Shown here: positions 48,088-57,332 of the stretch, one piece after another
How the letters are laid out: every line of letters begins with the position of its first letter
Position numbering within the stretch: the first letter of the stretch is position 1
NCBI GenBank assembly: GCA_963933835.1
Contig: CAWVVV010000004.1
Coordinates: 64,001 to 128,000 of the forward strand
Direction of reading: 5' to 3'
Source: an uncultured Puniceicoccaceae bacterium
GTDB lineage: Bacteria; Verrucomicrobiota; Verrucomicrobiia; Opitutales; Oceanipulchritudinaceae
Length of the DNA stretch: 64,000 nt
Notes under the pieces: generated by a model
The model's database searches: none
What the model was told of the DNA's origin: nothing
What the model saw: the letters and a program-made list of their open reading frames with translations, nothing else
Translations under genes and position numbers: made by a program

Positions 48088-49182
48088 TTATACGTAAACA
48101 CCGCCCCCTAGGAGCTTAGGTCCATCGTAGAGGGCGCAGACTTGGCCGATCGCGAGTGCACGCTGCGGCTCCTCAAATTCGATCGTAGCGCTGTTTGGAC
48201 CCTCCGGAATAAACCTCATCGGAACAGAGGGGTCTCGATAGCGCACTTTCGCAAATAGATGCGTGCTTTCGATCGGCGGCTTAGCCGTGAGCCAACTAAT
48301 ATTGTGCAGTTCGACACGCTGATGCCAGATAGCATCCGGCTGACTGCTTTCAAAGGCGATGACCAGCTGATTAGCTTCAAGATCCTTCGCCACGACGACG
48401 TAGAACTCGTTGTCTGAGTTGGAGGGAACACCAATGCCGCGGCGCTGTCCGAGCGTATAGCGGTGGAGGCCTTTATGTTGACCGAGAACGCGGCCATCGA
48501 GGTGGACGATGTCGCCGGGCTGGTCAGAGATGAACTTCTCGAGGAAATCGTTGATTTTCACCTCACCGATGAAGCAAATGCCTTGGCTGTCTTTTTTACC
48601 CGCGTTGGGGAGGCCCCGGTCCGCGGCGAGAGCCCGCACTTCGGGTTTTGTAAGGTGCCCAATGGGAAAATGAGCCCGATCCAGCTGTCCAGGGGTGATG
48701 AGGGAGAGGAAATAGCTTTGGTCTTTGTTTTTATCTACACCCTCGAGGAGTGATTTTTCGCCATTCACAACAGAGCTACGGCAGTAGTGTCCGGTCGCGA
48801 CGCCATCAAAACCGTTTTCGAGCGCCCAATCTAGCAGAACCCCAAATTTCATTTCGCGATTACACATGACGTCTGGGTTTGGTGTGAGCCCCTTTTTGTA
48901 GCCATCGACGAGGTAGCTCACGACGCGATCTCGGTAATCCTGCATGAAATTGATGACTTCAAAATCCAACCCTAGATGATTTGCAACGGCCCGACCGTCC
49001 TCGATGTCTTGCTGCCATGGGCAGTTTCCGAAGATGTCTTCTTCGTTGATCCAGTTCTTCATGTAGGCACAGCCAAGGTCGTAGCCTGCATCCTTCAGGA
49101 GGAGCGCGGCAACGGCGCTATCGACTCCACCAGAGAGGGCGACGAGTATCTTATTTGCTGTCATGACGCTTTGTCCTTCCAT
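48088..49182 (-). CDS. mnmA: tRNA-specific 2-thiouridylase
   Basis: SGGVDS, TPNPDVMCN, ATGHY, KDQSYFL, DSQGICFIGE, YTLGQRRG. ATG 49164 is an alternative start. Confidence 0.97.
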   Translation of the reverse strand: MEGQSVMTANKILVALSGGVDSAVAALLLKDAGYDLGCAYMKNWINEEDIFGNCPWQQDIEDGRAVANHLGLDFEVINFMQDYRDRVVSYLVDGYKKGLTPNPDVMCNREMKFGVLLDWALENGFDGVATGHYCRSSVVNGEKSLLEGVDKNKDQSYFLSLITPGQLDRAHFPIGHLTKPEVRALAADRGLPNAGKKDSQGICFIGEVKINDFLEKFISDQPGDIVHLDGRVLGQHKGLHRYTLGQRRGIGVPSNSDNEFYVVVAKDLEANQLVIAFESSQPDAIWHQRVELHNISWLTAKPPIESTHLFAKVRYRDPSVPMRFIPEGPNSATIEFEEPQRALAIGQVCALYDGPKLLGGGVYV

Positions 49183-49190
49183 CGTTCCTT

Positions 49191-51671
49191 ATGTCCGGTA
49201 GAAAGCAAGTCGAGGTGTCTGCTCTGTCTAAACAATTAAAACCGCCGTTCCTTCTCTCTGCATCTTGGATTTCGCTCACGGAGGGTGTGGTCAACTTTCG
49301 TCACGATTGGCCATCGGGCCATCGACCGCGTCTCTATTGGGGTGAAAAACAACTACCCCTGCTGAGTTTGTATCGCTCGCCGCTGAGTGACTTTGCAAAT
49401 CATAGCGGGTATTATGTCGACCGAGGAAAGTTACACTTTCTTCTCCGCGGTGATCGCTTTCCATGGTTAGACTTAAAAAAAGAAAAGGTCTATGTCGTAG
49501 GAGGCTTTAACGGATGGAGTGAGGCCATCGGCGACTCGAAGTGGCGACTCCGTGCGCGCGTGCTACGAGGTGAAAAATACTACGTCCTAGATTTGAGCAA
49601 AGCTGAGCTCGATTGGAGCAAGCCGCCCGTTTTCAAGTTCGCAACTCACTCGGGTGTTTGGCTCGAGGTCCCGGCTGATGCGAGCAATGTGATCGTCGAT
49701 TCGGCGGGCAATCGAAATTATCGCATCCTACCACATCGCACCGGACGTCACCGCTTCTATTTTAGAACGCCCGAACCGCTCGCGCAAAGTGCCGTTACTC
49801 AACTAGTCTATAAGAGCAAAGACTACTCTGAGAGCACGTCGATGCAGCCCGGAGTTTTCCTCAAGAAGCTGCGAAGTGATTTGCCTCTAGGCGCAACGGT
49901 CAAAAAAGACCGCACCACCTTTCGTCTCTTTGCCCCTCGAGCACAGAAGGTTGAGCTACACCTCTTCAAAGACTTAGAGAGCAAGAATACGGTCGCGCAG
50001 CCACTTCACACGCAAGATGGACTTGTCTGGGAATTGAGCGTGTCTGGTAACCGTGATGGGCACTATTACTACTTCAGTATTGATGGAGCAGAGCAGGACG
50101 GCTTTGGGCACTTCGACAGTTCTTTCAAGGTCCTAGATCCATACGCCAAGGCCTGCGTGGGTCCATTGGGCCCAGGGATAGTGCTCGACGATAAGAGATT
50201 CCCCAAAGTTAAGAAGCCTTTTGAGCCACCACCGTGGCACGAACTCGTCGTCGTGGAGGTCCATTTGAGAGATCTCCTTGGGCATGCCCCGATTGATTTA
50301 TCGGAAGACGCGCGTCTTGGCTACCGAGGTCTTATCGCGTGGCTGAAAAAGGAGACCTGCTATCTTCGTGAATTAGGAGTCAATGCGGTCGAGCTTCAGC
50401 CGATGCATGAGTTCGACACGGTAAACCAAGAGGATTATGGTTGGGGCTATATGCCGGTGAATTATTTTTCACCCGCTAGTCAATACAGTGAAGACTCAAC
50501 CAAAGCGACACAGGTTGAGGAGTTTCGGGCACTTGTTGAAGCGTTTCACGAGGTCGGCCTAGCGGTGATTCTTGATGTAGTCTATAATCACTACGGAAAT
50601 CCGAATTACCTTCAGTATATTGATAAAGACTACTACTTTATGCTCAGTCCGGATGGCGAGTATATGAACTACAGTGGTTGTGGTAACACGATCGATCCAG
50701 ATACGCCGATGGCCCGGCGCTTAATGGCAGATAGCTTGCAGCACTTTATCGAAGCCTACGATGTGGATGGCTTCCGCTTTGATCTGGGTGAGCTCTTAGG
50801 CATCGATTGCCTGCGGCACGTTGAACACGCCGTTAAGCGCGTAAAGCCAACCGCATTCCTCACCGCTGAACCGTGGAGTTTTCGTTCTCACCTAGGGGCG
50901 CGGATGATGGAGACCGGTGTCTCGGCTTGGAATGATGGCTTCCGTGAATTCGTGAAGAAGTATGTCAAAGGCGAGGGGAACACTGATGGCCTCAGCTATT
51001 TCATGTGTGGCTCGGCAGAAAATCTGGCGGCCTTCCCAGCTCAGACGGTGAATTACCTCTGTTCTCATGATGACCGGGTCTGGATCGACAAGATTACTGA
51101 GAACGAGAACCATGATGGAACTCATCCGACGCTGAATGATCGCCGTCGAAGCCACCTCGCTTTCGCTATCCTTCTTTGCTCCTCGGGTATTCCGATGCTT
51201 CATGGCGGGATGGACTTCCTCTATTCCAAGGGAGGAAAGAACAATAGCTATCTCGACGGAGAGACGAACAAACTGCCGTATTCGCGCCAACGGTTCTTCT
51301 CCTCAACCCACGCCTACTGCCGTGAATGGATTCTATTTCGCCAAACAGAGCTCGGAAAACGTTTACTCTGCTTGGCGTCACATCCGAAGGAGGGCTTCTA
51401 TGAGACGTGGTCCTCTGACGGCGCCCTCGCCCTGTTGATCAATGCTGACCAGAGTTTAGGCTCCGAGCAATTGCTCTTCGCGGTGAACCCAGACTTTAAT
51501 AAGCAACGGTTCGAGATGGGGGCGTTTGACCTCACAGGGTTTAAGCAATGGGCCGATCATGAGCGCTTCGTTACGTGTGGGCTGGCGTCCGCCGCTTTCT
51601 ATCAATCAAAAGGTTGGATTGAGCTTCCTGGGCTGACTTGCGGTCTCTGGATTTCTGACAAGCAATCCTAA
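49191..51671 (+). CDS. GH13 pullulanase/glycogen-debranching-type enzyme with CBM48-like N-terminal domains
   Basis: VYVVGGFNGW, TTFRLFAP, DPYAKA, WGYMPVNYF, ILDVVYNH, VDGFRFDL, AEPW, SHDD. No signal peptide. Confidence 0.9.
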   Translation: MSGRKQVEVSALSKQLKPPFLLSASWISLTEGVVNFRHDWPSGHRPRLYWGEKQLPLLSLYRSPLSDFANHSGYYVDRGKLHFLLRGDRFPWLDLKKEKVYVVGGFNGWSEAIGDSKWRLRARVLRGEKYYVLDLSKAELDWSKPPVFKFATHSGVWLEVPADASNVIVDSAGNRNYRILPHRTGRHRFYFRTPEPLAQSAVTQLVYKSKDYSESTSMQPGVFLKKLRSDLPLGATVKKDRTTFRLFAPRAQKVELHLFKDLESKNTVAQPLHTQDGLVWELSVSGNRDGHYYYFSIDGAEQDGFGHFDSSFKVLDPYAKACVGPLGPGIVLDDKRFPKVKKPFEPPPWHELVVVEVHLRDLLGHAPIDLSEDARLGYRGLIAWLKKETCYLRELGVNAVELQPMHEFDTVNQEDYGWGYMPVNYFSPASQYSEDSTKATQVEEFRALVEAFHEVGLAVILDVVYNHYGNPNYLQYIDKDYYFMLSPDGEYMNYSGCGNTIDPDTPMARRLMADSLQHFIEAYDVDGFRFDLGELLGIDCLRHVEHAVKRVKPTAFLTAEPWSFRSHLGARMMETGVSAWNDGFREFVKKYVKGEGNTDGLSYFMCGSAENLAAFPAQTVNYLCSHDDRVWIDKITENENHDGTHPTLNDRRRSHLAFAILLCSSGIPMLHGGMDFLYSKGGKNNSYLDGETNKLPYSRQRFFSSTHAYCREWILFRQTELGKRLLCLASHPKEGFYETWSSDGALALLINADQSLGSEQLLFAVNPDFNKQRFEMGAFDLTGFKQWADHERFVTCGLASAAFYQSKGWIELPGLTCGLWISDKQS

Positions 51672-51813
51672 TGATGAATGATTATTAGGAATTATTATCG
51701 CATAGAAACGAATGATAGCTTGATCAACAATTAGAATCCGCCATTTCCTTTCACCATCGATCTCCGCAATGGAGTCGATTCATCTATAGTACACAAGAAA
51801 CAGACATACGAAT

Positions 51814-52857
51814 ATGGCTACGAAAATCGCAATTAACGGCTTTGGCCGGATCGGCCGCCTCGTCTTCCGTGCACTCGTTGAGCAAGGATTGCTCGGTGAG
51901 ACATTTGAAGTGGTAGCAATCAATGACCTCGTTGGGGCAGCCCACCTCGCTTACCTCCTGAAATACGACTCGGTCCAGGGCCGTTTCACTGGTACAGTTG
52001 AAAGCAAAAAGTCCTCACCGGATGTTGCAGAAGATGATCTTCTCATCGTCAACGGTCAGACGATTAAGTGCCTCGCGGTTCGCGAAGGCCCAGCTGCAAT
52101 GCCTTGGGGTGAACTCGGCGTAGATATCGTGATCGAATCTACAGGACTTTTTGTTCAAGATAGCAAGGCACAGGGACACATCGATGCCGGCGCTAAGAAG
52201 GTCATTCTCTCAGCGCCAGGTAAAGGCGATGGGGTTAAGACTGTTGTTATGGGCGTCAACGACGGCGAGCTCACAGCTGAGGACACCCTCATCTCGAACG
52301 CTTCTTGCACGACCAACTGCTTGGCACCCATCACCAAAGTGATCCTTGAAAACTTCGGTATCAAGGAAGGCTTGATGACTACGGTCCACGCTTACACCGC
52401 GACTCAAAAGACCAACGATGGTGCTTCGAAGAAGGACTGGAAAGGCGGCCGCGCAGCAGGGATCAACATCATCCCTTCGACGACAGGCGCTGCGAAGGCC
52501 GTGGGTCTCGTTCTCCCTGAGGTTAAGGGTAAGCTCACTGGTATGGCTTTCCGTGTTCCAACTCCGACTGTTTCGGCTGTTGACCTGACAGTTAAGACTG
52601 AGAAGGAAACGAGCTACGAAGAAATCTGTGCCAAGATGAAGGAAGCCTCTGAAGGCGACCTCAAGGGCATCTTGGAATACACTTCAGACGAAGTTGTTTC
52701 GAGTGACTTCATCCACAGCTCATCTTCCTCCATCTTTGATGCTGACAGTGGCATGGGCTTGAACAGCACCTTCTTCAAACTTGTCAGCTGGTATGACAAC
52801 GAATGGGGCTATTCAAACCGTGTTGTCGACCTCCTCAAGAAGGTCGTATCACTCTAG
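51814..52857 (+). CDS. gap: Glyceraldehyde-3-phosphate dehydrogenase (type I)
   Basis: [30 protein letters not shown]. Confidence 0.98.
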   Translation: MATKIAINGFGRIGRLVFRALVEQGLLGETFEVVAINDLVGAAHLAYLLKYDSVQGRFTGTVESKKSSPDVAEDDLLIVNGQTIKCLAVREGPAAMPWGELGVDIVIESTGLFVQDSKAQGHIDAGAKKVILSAPGKGDGVKTVVMGVNDGELTAEDTLISNASCTTNCLAPITKVILENFGIKEGLMTTVHAYTATQKTNDGASKKDWKGGRAAGINIIPSTTGAAKAVGLVLPEVKGKLTGMAFRVPTPTVSAVDLTVKTEKETSYEEICAKMKEASEGDLKGILEYTSDEVVSSDFIHSSSSSIFDADSGMGLNSTFFKLVSWYDNEWGYSNRVVDLLKKVVSL

Positions 52858-52878
52858 TTCTGATTTAACCAGTTTTCT

Positions 52879-52922
52879 GGCCGCCCCGAAGAGACTCTTT
52901 GTGCTCACGGGGCGGCCTTTTT
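52879..52922 (+). terminator. Stem-loop/terminator between gap and pgk
   Basis: 10-bp stem ggccgccccg/cggggcggcc followed by TTTTT. Confidence 0.75.
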
Positions 52923-52961
52923 CATTTTTAATCCTTTGTATTAACAAAGTAAGGACAACCC

Positions 52962-54155
52962 ATGGCTACCAAGACTATTGAAGACATTGAAATTAAAGGG
53001 AAGCGCGTGCTCGTTCGCGTCGACTTTAATGTCCCTCTCGATGATACGATGATCACCGATGATTCCCGTATCGTCGCTGCGCTCCCGACTATTCGCTATC
53101 TGTCCGAAAACGGTGCCAAGGTCATCCTTTGCTCCCACCTCGGCCGACCTAAAGGCGAGAAGAACCCGAAGTTTTCTCTTTCTCCGATCGCTGCTGACTT
53201 GAGCGAGAAGCTCAGTCAGGCAATTACATTTGTTCCAGATTGCGTCGGCCCAGTTGTTAAGTCTGCCGTTGATGCGATGAGTGAAGGCGATATTATTTTG
53301 CTCGAGAACGTCCGCTATTATCCAGGTGAGGAGAAGAACGATCCCGAATTCGCAAAGCAACTCGCTGCCAACGCAGACGTCTTTGTGAATGAAGCCTTTG
53401 GAACCGCGCACCGCGCACATGCTTCAACTGCAGGAGTTACAAAATTCCTCAGTCCGTCGGTTTGCGGTTACCTCATTGGTCTCGAACTTGCTTTCCTTGG
53501 TGATAAAACGGCAGCACCTGAGCGCCCGTTCGTTGTGATTTTGGGTGGAGCGAAAGTTAGCGACAAGATCACGGTGATTGATGCGCTTCTAGAAAAGGCT
53601 GACAAAATCCTCATTGGTGGAGCGATGGCCTACACCTTTGCTCTCGCGCAGGGTAAGACGGTTGGCAATAGCCTCAGTGAGCCTGATAAAGTCGACATCG
53701 CGAAATCCGCTCTAGAAAAGGCAGCGGCGAAGGGGGTCGAATTTATTCTCCCTCAGGACACCTTGGTGGCGAATGCCCTCGATTTCGGCGGTAAAACACT
53801 CGGCGAGACAAAGATCGTCGAAGGTGATATCGACGACGGATGGGAAGGCGTTGATATCGGACCGAAAACAGCGGCACTCTACGCTGACATCGTTCGCTCT
53901 GCTAAGACCGTCCTTTGGAATGGTCCGATGGGAGTCTTCGAGATTCCAGAGAGTGCGAAGGGCAGTTATGCTGTGGCAGAGGCGATTGCTGCATCCGACG
54001 CTGTCTCCATCATCGGTGGAGGCGACTCCGTTAAAGCGATCAAGATGAGCGGATATTCTGACAAAGTCAGCTTCATGAGCACAGGGGGCGGCGCCAGTCT
54101 TGAGTTTCTCGAGGGTAAGGCACTTCCAGGCGTTGTTGCACTTGACCAGAAGTAG
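52962..54155 (+). CDS. pgk: Phosphoglycerate kinase
   Basis: [47 protein letters not shown]. Confidence 0.98.
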   Translation: MATKTIEDIEIKGKRVLVRVDFNVPLDDTMITDDSRIVAALPTIRYLSENGAKVILCSHLGRPKGEKNPKFSLSPIAADLSEKLSQAITFVPDCVGPVVKSAVDAMSEGDIILLENVRYYPGEEKNDPEFAKQLAANADVFVNEAFGTAHRAHASTAGVTKFLSPSVCGYLIGLELAFLGDKTAAPERPFVVILGGAKVSDKITVIDALLEKADKILIGGAMAYTFALAQGKTVGNSLSEPDKVDIAKSALEKAAAKGVEFILPQDTLVANALDFGGKTLGETKIVEGDIDDGWEGVDIGPKTAALYADIVRSAKTVLWNGPMGVFEIPESAKGSYAVAEAIAASDAVSIIGGGDSVKAIKMSGYSDKVSFMSTGGGASLEFLEGKALPGVVALDQK

Positions 54156-54208
54156 CCCAGAACTAGCCTTCGTAATACACAGTCTGCATACGCTAAATCC
54201 AAGTTTAC

Positions 54209-54985
54209 ATGTCGAAAAACACTCGCAAATACCTGATCGCAGGTAACTGGAAATTGAATAAGACAGCCTCTGAGGCCTCCGATCTTGTTCGTGAAATCAA
54301 CTTAGCTGTCGGCCAAGAAACCGAAGTAGGGGTTTGCATCTGCCCTCCGTTCACTGCGTTAGAAACCGCAGCAAAGGAGCTAGAAGATTCAAATGTTCAA
54401 CTCGGGGCGCAAAACATGCATCCGAAGTCGGAAGGCGCCTATACAGGTGAAATCTCGCCGGTCATGCTCCGTTCGCTCTTCTGCAACTTTGTCATCTTGG
54501 GTCACAGTGAACGCCGTGAGTATTTCAATGAGAGCGACGCCTTCATTAATGAGAAGACGCTCGCAGCCTTGGAAAGCAACCTGAAGCCGATCTTGTGCGT
54601 TGGTGAGACACTCGAACAACGAGACGCCGATGAAACGACCGCTGTCGTTCAAAATCAGCTCAAAGGTGGCCTCCTCAATGTCACAGAGGAAATGGCTGAT
54701 CATCTCGTGATCGCTTACGAACCCGTTTGGGCTATCGGCACTGGTAAGACAGCCACTCCAGAGATGGCACAAGACGTCCACAAGATGATCCGTGACTGGC
54801 TCAAGAAGCGCTTCAACGCAACGGTTGCAGGCAAGATTCGCATCCTCTACGGCGGATCGATGAAGCCGAACAATGCGAGCGACTTGCTCGATCAGCCTGA
54901 CATCGATGGCGGACTTATAGGTGGCGCTTCGCTTTTTTCGAAGCCGTTTGTCGAGCTCGTTAAGATTGCATCTACCAAGCTGTAG
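54209..54985 (+). CDS. tpiA: Triosephosphate isomerase
   Basis: AGNWK, GHSERR, AYEPVWAIGTG, LYGGS, LIGGAS. Confidence 0.98.
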   Translation: MSKNTRKYLIAGNWKLNKTASEASDLVREINLAVGQETEVGVCICPPFTALETAAKELEDSNVQLGAQNMHPKSEGAYTGEISPVMLRSLFCNFVILGHSERREYFNESDAFINEKTLAALESNLKPILCVGETLEQRDADETTAVVQNQLKGGLLNVTEEMADHLVIAYEPVWAIGTGKTATPEMAQDVHKMIRDWLKKRFNATVAGKIRILYGGSMKPNNASDLLDQPDIDGGLIGGASLFSKPFVELVKIASTKL

Positions 54986-55055
54986 TCTACAATCCAGGCT
55001 CTTTTTGCTGGGCGCTCTATTATCGACAGAGGGCCTTAGGAAGCGCACTTTTGAG

Positions 55056-55590
55056 CTACCCACTCGGTAGACTGAAACTGACGATCGTACCGCAGCCTAG
55101 GGTGGAGCAGACTTCAATCCGCCCTTCTTGGATTTTGACGAATTTGCGGACAAGTTGAAAACCACGGGCATTGTCTGTCTCTCCGTTGGGTGCAAAAGAT
55201 ACCGAGAGATCATCGGAGAAAAGCTTGCGCCTGGACTGCTCACTCATGCCGATTCCCGTATCCTGAATCGACATTCGAATGCCTGAATGCTCCCGCCTTG
55301 CTTTCAAGATAATCGTGCCGCCTGCAGGGGTAAACTTAACCGCATTACTCACGGGATTTCTGACCACCGCATCGAACATTTCGCGGTCTGCACGTACATA
55401 CAGTTCGGGCTCAATTTCGCAGCTTAGCGTGACCCCTTTGGGTTCGAGTGTAGTCTGAAGCACAGAAATCGACCGCTGGCACTCTGAGAGAATCGAAAGA
55501 AGTTCGCGATTGTATGGGATTGAATCGGTTTCAATCATTGACCGAGAGAGAAGGTTTTTGAGCGGACGGAGGGGCGCTCGAGTGAATTTT
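55056..55590 (-). pseudogene. Decayed histidine kinase remnant (HATPase_c only)
   Basis: N box RNPVSNAVKFT and G1 box DTGIGM present; G2 box degenerate (DNARGF for GxGLGL). Upstream LKNLLSRS resembles the end of a HisKA helix, but there is no H-box and an in-frame stop precedes it. Confidence 0.72.
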
Positions 55591-55778
55591 TAAAGGAGCC
55601 AGAGACAGGCATGCAGGTGATCATAAGAAAATGGTTCTTAGACGATGAGATTAGACAGAGGACAGAAAACAGTGAACAACCTTGGATGATGAGCGGGCAT
55701 TGAGCAATTGCTTTTCGGCGCAGAAAGAAAAGATAGCACTCTCTTGACATAATACGGCTCTGGGGAATCCACTGGTTC

Positions 55779-56087
55779 ATGGCTGGAGTTGGAAAATTGA
55801 TGAAGCAGGCGGCAAAAATGCAGAAGAAAATGCAGGAGCTGCAGGATGAGCTTGCGACACAGACGCTCGAGGTCTCGAGCGGTGGTGGAGCGGTCAAAGT
55901 CGTTGTAACGCTCCAGCAAGCCGTGAACGGTTTGGAAATCGATGAAGAGTTTCTAAAGGAAGACAAAGCGATGGTTGAAGAGACTATCCTTGAAGCCTTC
56001 CGCGAGGCGCTTGAGCAATCGAAGGCCAAGAGTGAAGAAGCGATGAACGCGATTACCCAATCGGCGCAGATGCCGGGTCTTTTTTAA
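55779..56087 (+). CDS. ybaB: YbaB/EbfC nucleoid-associated protein
   Basis: MKQA.KMQ, SSGGGAV.V; upstream of recR. Confidence 0.94.
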   Translation: MAGVGKLMKQAAKMQKKMQELQDELATQTLEVSSGGGAVKVVVTLQQAVNGLEIDEEFLKEDKAMVEETILEAFREALEQSKAKSEEAMNAITQSAQMPGLF

Positions 56088-56108
56088 GAGTATCTCAAGG
56101 AGCTTTTC

Positions 56109-56702
56109 GTGACACCCACCTTCGAACACCTCCAGAACTTGCTGAAGAAGCTCCCCGGACTCGGCTACCGTTCTGCTGAGCGTCTTGCATTACACTTAGT
56201 CGTAGAAGAGCCAGCTAGTCTCCAGCAGCTCGTTGATGCGCTACAGAAGGCCGGTGAAAAATTGGGCCGCTGTAGCCGCTGCGGAAATCTCTCCGAAGAG
56301 GCGACTTGCGCGATTTGCCTCGATGAGGGACGAGAGCAGGGGACTGTTTGTATTGTAGAACGCGTCCCCGATTTACTCGCGATTGAGCGTTCGGGTGCAT
56401 TTAGAGGTCTCTACCATGTGCTCCATGGACGCTTATCACCCATTCATAATGTTGGTCCTGAAGATCTTAACCTTCAGAGCCTCGGCGAACGGTTGGACGC
56501 GGAGCCCATTACTGAGGTCATTCTCGCTCTCTCCAACGAGATCGAAGCAGAGGCGACCTGCCATTATTTACATTCCGCCCTCTTCGAGAACCGTGAACTT
56601 GATATTTCTCGTATTGGATTTGGTTTACCCAGCGGGGGAGGGATCACCTTTGCCGATGCAACGACCGTTCGTAGCGCACTGAGCGGCCGGAAGGCGTTTT
56701 AA
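56109..56702 (+). CDS. recR: Recombination mediator RecR
   Basis: LPGLG.RSA.R, C4 zinc finger, YHVLHG.LSP, SRIGFGLP.GG. Confidence 0.96.
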   Translation: MTPTFEHLQNLLKKLPGLGYRSAERLALHLVVEEPASLQQLVDALQKAGEKLGRCSRCGNLSEEATCAICLDEGREQGTVCIVERVPDLLAIERSGAFRGLYHVLHGRLSPIHNVGPEDLNLQSLGERLDAEPITEVILALSNEIEAEATCHYLHSALFENRELDISRIGFGLPSGGGITFADATTVRSALSGRKAF

Positions 56703-56740
56703 GCCCGTTTTCAAATAACTTCATCAAGAGACCTAAGATA

Positions 56741-57328
56741 TTGGCTGACTCAGACGTAGATCCGGAGCATGAATCCTCGCTCGATCTCCAATCAGCTCCG
56801 ATGAATCCTGCCTCCTGTGACAATCAGAAGGATTGGATTACCTCAGCCGACGAGCGCCATCGGCGCGATTTAATCCGCTATGCGTACAGTCTTTGCCAGG
56901 ATTCTGCAGGGGCAGAAGACGCCGTCCAAGAAACCTTTCTCCGCCTAAACAAGGAGCGTCCAGAAAGAATCAATCATTGCCTCCGGCCGTGGCTTTTTCG
57001 TGTCTGCCGATCACGCGTTATCGATGCTCAACGTAAACAAAAACGGGTCGTTTTGATGGATCATGAAACACTTTCGCCACGGCGAGACATGAATGCCCAA
57101 GATCCTCGCCGCGAAGCAGAGATCGAAGACACGACCGCCCATGTTTGGGAAGCCTTTGCTGAATTGACGCCCCTTCAGGCAGAGGTTCTTCGACTTAAGT
57201 TTCAGTCTCAGATGAGCTACAAGGAGATCGCCGAAGTAACGGGGAAAACGGTGAATGCAGTCGGCGTTCATCTTCACGCCGCGATGATCAATCTTCGCGC
57301 CCGCCTATCACACGTCATGGATATTTAA
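56741..57328 (+). CDS. ECF RNA polymerase sigma factor
   Basis: AEDAVQETFLRL, PWLFRVCR, MSYKEIAEVTG. ATG 56801 is an alternative start. Confidence 0.93.
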   Translation: MADSDVDPEHESSLDLQSAPMNPASCDNQKDWITSADERHRRDLIRYAYSLCQDSAGAEDAVQETFLRLNKERPERINHCLRPWLFRVCRSRVIDAQRKQKRVVLMDHETLSPRRDMNAQDPRREAEIEDTTAHVWEAFAELTPLQAEVLRLKFQSQMSYKEIAEVTGKTVNAVGVHLHAAMINLRARLSHVMDI

Positions 57329-57332
57329 CGAC

